Positions 6,842-12,492 of a stretch of 12,492 bases of DNA are shown one piece after another. The stretch is from an uncultured archaeon (GTDB taxonomy: Archaea > Iainarchaeota > Iainarchaeia > Iainarchaeales > CSSED10-239): contig CAYXAY010000020.1 in the NCBI GenBank assembly GCA_964463155.1, forward strand, positions 1 to 12,492, given 5' to 3'. Within the stretch, counting starts at the first letter, position 1, and each line of letters begins with the position of its first letter. The notes beneath the pieces were generated by a model. It was given only the letters and a program-made list of their open reading frames with translations. It was not told the DNA's origin and searched no databases. A program made the translations under genes and the position numbers.

Positions 6842-8542
6842 TTACATTTTCTCCGGAATTTCTATTCCTAAAAGCCATGTTGCATTTTCTAGTGTTTGCA
6901 AATAACTTATTATTAATGCAAGCCTTTGTTCTGTAAGTTCTTTGTCATCAGAGATAACTTGACAATTTCCATAGAACTTATTGAATGTGTGGGACAAGTC
7001 AAGACAGAAGCTAACAACGGCGTTTGGTTTTCTTTCTCTTGTCGCATATTCTGCCTTTGCTGGAAACTGCATAATCAAACTTAATAATTTCTTTTCATCA
7101 TTTTCTAGTTTTTTTGGACTAGGCACTTTTGTAAATTCTTTGAAATTTGCTTTTCGTAGAATGCTTTTTGCCCTAACTCCGCTGTATTGGACATATACTG
7201 AAGAGTCTCCTTGAAGATCAAGAGCTGAATTTATATCAAACACAAATGTCTTGTTAAAACCAATCTTTAACATCTCAAACTTTATTGTTCCAAAAACAAT
7301 TTTGTCAATTATGTCTTTGTCGTGCGCTAGGTTGTTTTCTGTTAGCACATCCTTTACTTTTTCCCTTAATATATCCCTTAAGTCTTCGTAAAGAACCATG
7401 CCACCTGCGCGCGAAGCCATTTTTCCACTAGAAAGATTGACCATCCCAAGAGACAAGTGTTCGTGAGTTGTGCTAGGATATACTTTTGAAAATAAATAAA
7501 ATAGTTGTCTAAAATAAAAATCCTGTTCAGAACCAACAACATAAATAAAATGATTGCATTTTGGAAACTTTTCTTTTTTTATTTGAACAAGAGCTATGTC
7601 TTTTGCGCCGTAAAGTGGTGCGCCATTCTTTTTTATTAATACCAAAACATCAAGCTTTTTGTCCTTCAAGTCAGCAATAACTGCATCATCGCTTTCTTGG
7701 ATTCTGTCTTTGTGTTCTTTAATAAAAGAATCTTTAATATCTAAAAATCTCTTTTCGGTTTCACTTTCAAATATTTTGTCGATAAGCTCTATTCCCAGTT
7801 CGTCTTTGACCTGCATGTATGCCATATAGCAGACATCTCTAAGCCTAGCTATTTCTTTTTGTAATTTTGGGTCAATTAAAATCTGTTTTTGTAAATTGTC
7901 TATTTCTTTTGTGGAGTTTTCATTAACTTTTGCCTTTTCTCCTGCAGCAATGTAAATTTCTCCAAACCATTTGGCGACATTAATTTTTGGAATATTTTGT
8001 TTTTCTTTTGGAAGTTGAAGATAATACCAGTACCACTTGGCAACATGCGTTCCTACATCTCCGCCATAATAAACCGGCCGTGGGTCGTATCCACAAAAAG
8101 AAAGAAGGCGATTTATTGAATCCCCACCAACAACCATTCTTAAATGTCCTACATGAAGCGTCTTGAAGGTATTGGCGTTAAATGTATCAATAACATATTG
8201 TTCTTTTTTACCAATATCTGATTTCCCATATTCTTTTTTTTTGTTTAAAACTTCAGAAATTGTTTCTTTGTAAAGTATATTGTTGTTAATTTTTACATTT
8301 ATGTAACCGGCAACGGAAACAAAATCAAAGATATTTTGCTTTTCTTTTTTTAGTTTTTCAACCAAGTCTTTGGAAATGTCTTGAGGTGATTTCTTCAGAT
8401 TCGTTGCTAAGGAAAAACAAGGAAAGGATAAATCTCCAAGTTCAAAATCTGGCGGCTCTTCTATTGTTTTAATAATTTCAGAAATGTCTTTATCAATAAC
8501 CTTTGAAAGGTCATTTGCAAATTTTTCTTTAAAGTTTATCAT
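6842..8542 (-). CDS. argS: Arginyl-tRNA synthetase
   Basis: Class I HIGH motif (TLHVGHLR), the ArgRS-type KMSKS substitute (GKMASRAGG), and an anticodon-binding C-terminus. I prefer the ATG at 8542 (AGGT SD 8 nt upstream) over the ORF-track TTG at 8548. The stop abuts the rnp3 ATG. Confidence 0.9.
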   Translation of the reverse strand: MINFKEKFANDLSKVIDKDISEIIKTIEEPPDFELGDLSFPCFSLATNLKKSPQDISKDLVEKLKKEKQNIFDFVSVAGYINVKINNNILYKETISEVLNKKKEYGKSDIGKKEQYVIDTFNANTFKTLHVGHLRMVVGGDSINRLLSFCGYDPRPVYYGGDVGTHVAKWYWYYLQLPKEKQNIPKINVAKWFGEIYIAAGEKAKVNENSTKEIDNLQKQILIDPKLQKEIARLRDVCYMAYMQVKDELGIELIDKIFESETEKRFLDIKDSFIKEHKDRIQESDDAVIADLKDKKLDVLVLIKKNGAPLYGAKDIALVQIKKEKFPKCNHFIYVVGSEQDFYFRQLFYLFSKVYPSTTHEHLSLGMVNLSSGKMASRAGGMVLYEDLRDILREKVKDVLTENNLAHDKDIIDKIVFGTIKFEMLKIGFNKTFVFDINSALDLQGDSSVYVQYSGVRAKSILRKANFKEFTKVPSPKKLENDEKKLLSLIMQFPAKAEYATRERKPNAVVSFCLDLSHTFNKFYGNCQVISDDKELTEQRLALIISYLQTLENATWLLGIEIPEKM

Positions 8543-8560
8543 AATCAATTACCTTTAAGG

Positions 8561-8633
8561 CGAGCCCGGAGGGATTCGAACCCTCGACCCACAGCTTAGA
8601 AGGCTGTTGCCCTATCCACTAGGCCACGGGCCC
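8561..8633 (-). tRNA. tRNA-Arg (anticodon UCU), 73 nt, no intron, CCA not encoded
   Basis: Folded by hand. Acceptor GGGCCCG/CGGGCTC (one G-U pair). D stem GCCT/GGGC with loop AGTGGATA. Anticodon stem ACAGC/GCTGT with loop CTTCTAA. Variable region GGGTC. T arm GAGGG-TTCGAAT-CCCTC. Discriminator G. Confidence 0.9.
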
Positions 8634-8687
8634 ACAAGATATATAATTTAGAAAAGAAAATAAATAAAAAGAGAATAGAAAAAGCAC
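8634..8687 (-). promoter_or_regulatory. Intergenic region with oligo-T terminators for the DsbA-like gene and a candidate TATA element for the tRNA-Arg/argS unit
   Basis: The minus strand reads TAAGTGCTTTTTCTATTCTCTTTTTATTTATTTTCTTTTCTAAATTATATATCTTGTG immediately 5' of the tRNA. It holds T5 runs and TTTATTTATTTT / TTATATAT boxes. The exact elements are not resolvable by eye. Confidence 0.3.
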
Positions 8688-10067
8688 TTATTGTGCTATT
8701 TGATTTGTATCTTGGGGATATAATCTGTTGTATTGTTCCTCAAGATAAGCTATCGCTGTTAGGTGTTTGGAATAAACGCTATTGAATATGTTCGTATACA
8801 CATCGTTATTCTCTTTTTTTAATTCAAATAATGCTTGATGCATTTCTAGATATTTGCCTTGTTTTTCTACACATCTAGATACCAGTAATGGTTTAATCGC
8901 TGTTTGTTGATGTGATGGGACTGCAATGAAATCTTTTATGATTATTGCAACATCATCTGTCTCTAGGATTCTTTTTTGAGTTTCCGTCTCAAACTTTGCA
9001 CAGAAAGAACATTCAAAGTCAGTAAACACATACATCTTTACTGGAGAGCTGGTGTTACCCATTACAAAATCTCTGTTGTCTGCTAATAAGCTTGTATCAA
9101 GTATTTGTATTATGTCTGTTGGAATTATCTGAACTGCTTCTGACATTATTTCTTCATTAAACTGATAACCATTAGCATTTGTTTTTGCGAAGAGTCGATT
9201 AAATATTTGGCTATTGTTTTCATCTGTCAGTAATACAGATTCATCAACTTTTCCTTCTATGTAAAAGACAGGTATTTGTTTTGCGTCTATTGCCTCTAAT
9301 ATTTCTTTTCCTTTTGTGGAATCGTAGCTATATCTTTCTGTAGGCAAATCGAACATGTATTCAAAAAAGTTTGCAAGTTGTGGGTTTAGAGTTGTTTCAT
9401 TTTGTAAACTTGTAATTAATGTGTCTGTTCCGTCTTTTATATGTTGATGGTTTTCATTGTCTATAATTATTAGTTTTGCTGGAATTGTGGTGTTTGATTT
9501 GTATGTCTTATTTGTGTAATCTAATGAAAAGTTTGTTTTTGCATCATCTTTTGCTAAATTTATGTATTGTTTAAACACATTATAATCCTTAGCTCCTGAA
9601 ATCTTGTAGCTGCCAACAATTATCGCTGGCGTTCCTGTAATTTTTAGGTTTTGTGCTAACTCGCGGTCTGCCTGTATTTTTGAAATTATTTCATGGGCCG
9701 GATTTTCCATAATTTCTGCAATACAGGAATCAATTTGTGTTTTGTTTACGCCTATGTCCAAATATATTGGTTCAAACAATGCATTGTACCCTTCATCTAC
9801 TTCTGATTGCACTATTTCCCCTAATTCCTTTACTTTTATTTGGAATTCGTCCTCTGTTAAGTTAGTGTCTAATGTGGTTATTGAAATGTTATGGTCGTTT
9901 GTTTTTGTGGTTTTGTTTTTTGTAAGCATTACTGTTGCAAACACTGCCCCAATAATCAAGATAATTAGGATAATTATCCCTATTAGCCAAAAATTAATTT
10001 TTTGTTTTGGTATATGATTCACAACCTGGTCTTTGTGAACGATTTTGTGCGTTTTTTGTTTTTTCAA
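8688..10067 (-). CDS. Membrane-anchored extracytoplasmic thiol:disulfide oxidoreductase, DsbA/thioredoxin-like, multi-module (TTG start)
   Basis: N-terminal TM anchor FWLIGIIILIILIIGAVFATVML. CxxC active site FTDFECSFCAKF (C353/C356, nt 9000-9011). DsbA-type cis-Pro segment KITGTPAIIVGSYKISG (aa 142-157). TTG start at 10067 preceded by AGGTGAT. Confidence 0.7.
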   Translation of the reverse strand: MKKQKTHKIVHKDQVVNHIPKQKINFWLIGIIILIILIIGAVFATVMLTKNKTTKTNDHNISITTLDTNLTEDEFQIKVKELGEIVQSEVDEGYNALFEPIYLDIGVNKTQIDSCIAEIMENPAHEIISKIQADRELAQNLKITGTPAIIVGSYKISGAKDYNVFKQYINLAKDDAKTNFSLDYTNKTYKSNTTIPAKLIIIDNENHQHIKDGTDTLITSLQNETTLNPQLANFFEYMFDLPTERYSYDSTKGKEILEAIDAKQIPVFYIEGKVDESVLLTDENNSQIFNRLFAKTNANGYQFNEEIMSEAVQIIPTDIIQILDTSLLADNRDFVMGNTSSPVKMYVFTDFECSFCAKFETETQKRILETDDVAIIIKDFIAVPSHQQTAIKPLLVSRCVEKQGKYLEMHQALFELKKENNDVYTNIFNSVYSKHLTAIAYLEEQYNRLYPQDTNQIAQ

Positions 10068-10144
10068 AGTATCACCTTCTTATGCTTAACTATAAAAATT
10101 GTAATTATAATATATTATATGTATAGATAAAAATTTAAAAACAA
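10068..10144. promoter_or_regulatory. Divergent intergenic region (DsbA-like gene to the left, taw1 to the right) with several TATA-like boxes
   Basis: Contains aactataaaaatt, ataatatattatatgtatagataaaaatttaaaaa. There is no SD before taw1, so a leaderless or short-leader transcript is possible. Weak evidence in AT-rich DNA. Confidence 0.3.
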
Positions 10145-11155
10145 ATGGTTTTTATGGCAAAAAAATTAATTGATAAAAAGATATCTGATGATTTAAGGCA
10201 TAAGCATTATGCACTTATTGGAGAGCACTCTGCTGTTGAAATTTGTGAATGGAACAAGAAGGCTCTTAGAGGAGAAGGTGTTTGTTACAAACAGCAATTC
10301 TATAACATTGAGTGCCATAGATGCGCACAAATTACTCCTGCCGTTGTTTGGTGCCATAACAATTGTATTTTCTGTTGGAGACCTGCAGAATACATGACTA
10401 TGGATAAGTTTACTAAAGAATATTATGATGATTCTAAAAAAATAATTGATGAATTATTTGAACAAAGAAAGAAATTGCTTTCTGGTTTTGGGGGCTTTCC
10501 AAAGGTATCTAAGGCACTTTTAAAAGAAGCTGAGATTCCAAGTCATGTTGCTATTTCTCTTTCCGGAGAGCCAACGCTTTATAAGGATCTTTGGAGACTT
10601 ATTAAAGAACTTAAATCTAGAAAAGAAATCAAAAGCATCTTTGTTGTTACAAACGGTCTTGAGCCAACAACACTTGAAAGTCTTTCAAAACACAAAAGTC
10701 TTCCAACACAACTTTATCTTTCTTTTGTTGCTCCAAATAAAGAGCTTCATTTAAAGATTAATAAGCCAAAGATAAAATACTCTTGGGAAAGATTAATGAA
10801 AACTGTTTCCTTGTTCCCAAAATTAAAAACTAGAAAAGTTATAAGATTTACATTAATCAAAGGAATAAATGACAATAAAAAATACATTAAAAACTTTGTA
10901 AAAATCTTTGAAAAGACAAAGGCGGATTTTGTTGAGATTAAGGCCTATATGTTTTTGGGGTATTCTAGAAAGACTTTAAAGATAGAAAACATGCCCAGCT
11001 TTGATGATTGTTTGAAGTATGCTAAAGCTTTTGAGAAACTTTCAAAAAACTACAAGATATCAGACACTTGTAAGCCCTCAAGAATCATTCTTCTAAAAAA
11101 CAAGAAATCAAAAGTGGATAATTTTATAATTAAAAGAAAAAGAAAAAAGAAATGA
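10145..11155 (+). CDS. taw1: tRNA 4-demethylwyosine synthase Taw1/TYW1 (radical SAM)
   Basis: HSAVEICEWNKKALRGEGVCYKQQFYNIECHRCAQITPAVVWCHNNCIFCWRP matches the archaeal Taw1 signature: three auxiliary-cluster Cys plus the CxxxCxxC radical-SAM motif followed by WR. An alternative start at ATG 10154 is possible. Confidence 0.85.
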   Translation: MVFMAKKLIDKKISDDLRHKHYALIGEHSAVEICEWNKKALRGEGVCYKQQFYNIECHRCAQITPAVVWCHNNCIFCWRPAEYMTMDKFTKEYYDDSKKIIDELFEQRKKLLSGFGGFPKVSKALLKEAEIPSHVAISLSGEPTLYKDLWRLIKELKSRKEIKSIFVVTNGLEPTTLESLSKHKSLPTQLYLSFVAPNKELHLKINKPKIKYSWERLMKTVSLFPKLKTRKVIRFTLIKGINDNKKYIKNFVKIFEKTKADFVEIKAYMFLGYSRKTLKIENMPSFDDCLKYAKAFEKLSKNYKISDTCKPSRIILLKNKKSKVDNFIIKRKRKKK

Positions 11156-12030
11156 CAGAAATAAATGAATACCAAAAAGCAATAGTTGAAGCTTTGCAAA
11201 AAGAAAAGACCATTTGTCTTCTGGCTCCTAGCTTTCCAGTAGATTTTTCTTTCCCGGATATTGTTCTGGATCTTAGAAGACTTGGCTTTACAATGGTTGT
11301 TGAGCTGACTTATGCTGCAAAGCTTATCAATTACAAATATATTAGCACAATTAATGATAACCCAGAAAAACAATTTATTTGCGCAAACTGCCCAACAATT
11401 GTAAAACTTATAGAAAATCAATATCAAGAGCATAAAGACAAGATACTTGATGTGGCTTCTCCAATGATCGTCATGGCTAAATTTGTAAAAAGAGAATTTG
11501 GAGAAGATTATAAAACAATTTTTATAGGACCTTGCCTTGCTAAAAAACAAGAGGCTAAGGAGAATTCTGAAGTTATTGATTTTGCATTAACATTTAAAGA
11601 GCTTGTAGACATTTATGACTACTTAGAGGAAAACAAATTGCTTAAGGAGATAGATAATAACCCTGAAAACAAGCAATTCGACAAATTCTATAATGATGTG
11701 ACAAAGATTTATCCTCTTGGTGGAGGAGTTACAAGTAATTTGATAACGAAAGATATTCTTAATCTTGATGAAGTCATTGTTTGCGATGGCCCTCATTGTA
11801 TTGAAAAAGCAATGTTTGATTTTACAAACAACAAGAGACATAGATTTTTAGATATCCTTTTCTGCGAGGGCGGTTGTCTTGGCGGTCCAGGAATTATTTC
11901 AAAGGAAGATTTAGAACCCAAAAAACAAAGGATATTTGATTATAAAGATAAATCGAGATATTATCAACCAGATAAAAACTATGGTAAGTTCGTTCACGCT
12001 TTCGGTCTTGATATTAAAAGAAAAAAGTGA
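11152..12030 (+). CDS. Stand-alone [FeFe]-hydrogenase large-subunit H-domain homologue, 292 aa (minimal HydA-like or Nar1-like FeS protein)
   Basis: Four motifs occur in the order found in H-domains. LAPSFPV compares with APavR. FICANCP (C77, C80) compares with L1 TSCCP. IGPCLAKKQEA (C128) compares with L2 MPCxxKKxE. ILFCEGGCLGGPG (C238, C242) compares with L3 ExMxCxxGCxxGGGQ. There is no N-terminal ferredoxin-like domain. The start overlaps the taw1 stop (ATGA). Confidence 0.65.
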   Translation: MTEINEYQKAIVEALQKEKTICLLAPSFPVDFSFPDIVLDLRRLGFTMVVELTYAAKLINYKYISTINDNPEKQFICANCPTIVKLIENQYQEHKDKILDVASPMIVMAKFVKREFGEDYKTIFIGPCLAKKQEAKENSEVIDFALTFKELVDIYDYLEENKLLKEIDNNPENKQFDKFYNDVTKIYPLGGGVTSNLITKDILNLDEVIVCDGPHCIEKAMFDFTNNKRHRFLDILFCEGGCLGGPGIISKEDLEPKKQRIFDYKDKSRYYQPDKNYGKFVHAFGLDIKRKK

Positions 12031-12062
12031 TTTTGTGGCTACCAGAACTCCAAAAATAAACC

Positions 12063-12079
12063 AAATCGCTTCGCGATTT
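12063..12079. repeat. Short hairpin AAATCGC-TTC-GCGATTT in the IS right-end region
   Basis: Read directly. Its CGCGAAGCG core (minus strand) resembles the 208-222 hairpin core. Confidence 0.4.
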
Positions 12080-12089
12080 AATGTTTATT

Positions 12090-12136
12090 GGGAGCCCTTA
12101 TCTGCACACAAGTGTGCAGTATTACAAGCGGCTCCC
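12090..12136. repeat. Nested subterminal hairpin of IS copy 2 (right end)
   Basis: Outer stem gggagcc (12090-12096) pairs with ggctccc (12130-12136). Inner stem ctgcacac (12102-12109) pairs with gtgtgcag (12112-12119). Homologous to 267-304. Confidence 0.55.
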
Positions 12137-12139
12137 TTA

Positions 12140-12492
12140 TTAATTAATTTGCATGTAACTGCTCATACTTTTTTTTCCGTCGTTAATATATTTTCTTACT
12201 GTTTCTACAGTTACTTTTCCTATACTTTCGTAATAGGTATACTTGCTCCAGAAATGTCCTTTGGGATATTTTTTTTTAAATCCAGGAAAGATTGTAAAAA
12301 TGTTATGTGCTGTGTTTGACTTCAACAAGCAGATTGCTTGTCGTATGCACATAGTTGTTGGCAATTCAAGAAACAGATGTATCTGATCAACATCTGTTTC
12401 TTGTGTATGGATTTTTATGTTATATTTTTAAGATACAACATTAAAAATGTCTTTTACTATTTCGCTCATAAAAACATTACAAAATGTATTAT
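12140..12492 (-). pseudogene. tnpA: tnpA (IS200-type Y1 transposase) with an in-frame TAA and a mutated HUH motif
   Basis: Hand translation in a single frame: ..NTFCNVFMSEIVKDIFNVVS*KYNIKIHTQETDVDQIHLFLELPTTMCIRQAICLLKSNTAHNIFTIFPGFKKKYPKGHFWSKYTYYESIGKVTVETVRKYINDGKK.. It aligns with IS608 TnpA (..VEIIEMQTDKDHIHILADIDP...LWTNSCFISTVG...VKQYIENQ). The stop codon is at 12428-12430, where copy 1 has CAA. HUH reads Q-I-H. Confidence 0.65.
12367..12403. repeat. Perfect 13-bp inverted repeat (14 bp with one extra T-A pair) inside the tnpA coding sequence
   Basis: caagaaacagatg (12367-12379), then the 11-nt spacer tatctgatcaa, then catctgtttcttg (12391-12403). It spans the codons for QETDVDQIHLFL, which is the HUH region. 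Confidence 0.7.

Larger units (their letters stand above)
12040..12492 (-). mobile_element. IS200/IS605-family insertion sequence, copy 2 (partial: right-end region plus most of tnpA; inner boundary approximate)
   Basis: The Y1 transposase reading frame runs from 12492 down to 12140. Hairpins downstream of it lie at 12063-12079 and 12090-12136. Positions 12394-12492 repeat positions 1-95. Confidence 0.6.

Noticed and set aside
8546-8548. TTG start for argS as given in the ORF track (6842..8548).
   Set aside because: The AGGT SD would be only 2 nt from this TTG, whereas the in-frame ATG at 8542 has 8-nt spacing. I therefore call 6842..8542. The difference is 2 codons and is not critical.
10145-11155. 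The radical-SAM gene next to the hydrogenase-like gene might be an H-cluster maturase (HydE/HydG).
   Set aside because: The N-terminal segment (HSAVEIC..VCYK..FYNIECHRC..TPAVVWCHNNCIFCWRP) is the specific Taw1/TYW1 signature, with its auxiliary-cluster cysteines. HydE/HydG have a different architecture and are larger, with BioB/ThiH-like features.
11050-11550. 166-aa minus-strand ORF across the taw1/hydA-like junction.
   Set aside because: It is antisense to two motif-supported genes. Its composition is Phe/Ile/Lys-rich and low-complexity, as expected for AT-rich antisense frames.
11936-12319. 127-aa plus-strand ORF running from the hydA-like 3' end through the IS right end.
   Set aside because: It overlaps the hydA-like gene out of frame, then crosses the IS hairpins and runs antisense to tnpA. 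It has no motifs and no SD.
12140-12364. 74-aa ORF as an independent small gene with a TTG start.
   Set aside because: The frame continues upstream with clear TnpA homology (HUH region) and is interrupted only by one TAA. It is the C-terminal fragment of a transposase pseudogene, not a separate gene.
1-12492. The two same-orientation IS copies might define a 12-kb composite transposon or mobile island carrying everything between them.
   Set aside because: The interior is core housekeeping: exosome, proteasome, ArgRS, RNase P, a ribosomal protein and an RNAP subunit. IS200/IS605 elements transpose as single-stranded units and are not known to form composite transposons. Both transposase genes are defective. 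The more economical reading is two independent old insertions, although they could still support homologous recombination.
12394-12492. The terminal repeat (1-95 versus 12394-12492) might be a circular-contig overlap or an assembly artefact.
   Set aside because: The copies differ by about 8 substitutions and a 4-nt indel. Their flanks are also different parts of the element: the left-end side at the start of the window and the right-end side at its end. They are therefore paralogous copies, not the same sequence read twice.
1-12492. A CRISPR array, tandem repeats, extra tRNA/rRNA genes or C/D-box sRNAs in the intergenic spaces.
   Set aside because: By eye I found no regularly spaced direct repeats, no additional GC-rich cloverleaf-capable segments, and no RUGAUGA/CUGA box pairs in the few real intergenic regions (5281-5417, 8634-8687, 10068-10144, 12031-12139). 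A covariance-model scan would be needed to exclude small ncRNAs.

Overview
Visibly AT-rich archaeal chromosomal segment. It uses the standard genetic code, GGTGA/GGAGG-type Shine-Dalgarno sites, many 4-nt ATGA gene overlaps and some TTG starts. A small-genome, DPANN-like archaeon fits best, but that is inference only. No searches were run: every call rests on hand translation, motif recognition and gene order.

Minus strand, 321-5280: a complete, tightly packed archaeal exosome/proteasome superoperon in the order psmA, SBDS, rrp4, rrp41, rrp42, rpl37ae, rpoP, Brix, Pcc1, prefoldin beta. The 42-aa rpoP is missing from the ORF track.

Upstream on the same strand, 5418-8633: tRNA-Arg(UCU), argS, RNase P subunit Rpp30, RNase P subunit Pop5, and a 4-TM membrane protein wedged in before psmA. 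Further upstream lies a membrane-anchored multi-thioredoxin-fold DsbA-like protein (8688-10067).

Plus strand, diverging from the DsbA-like gene: the radical-SAM tRNA-wyosine enzyme Taw1/TYW1, overlapping by ATGA a 292-aa stand-alone [FeFe]-hydrogenase H-domain homologue. This pair is the most interesting item in the window.

Both window ends lie inside two diverged, same-orientation copies of an IS200/IS605-family element. Each carries a decayed Y1-transposase gene. The visible inner ends (left end of copy 1, right end of copy 2) carry related nested hairpins.
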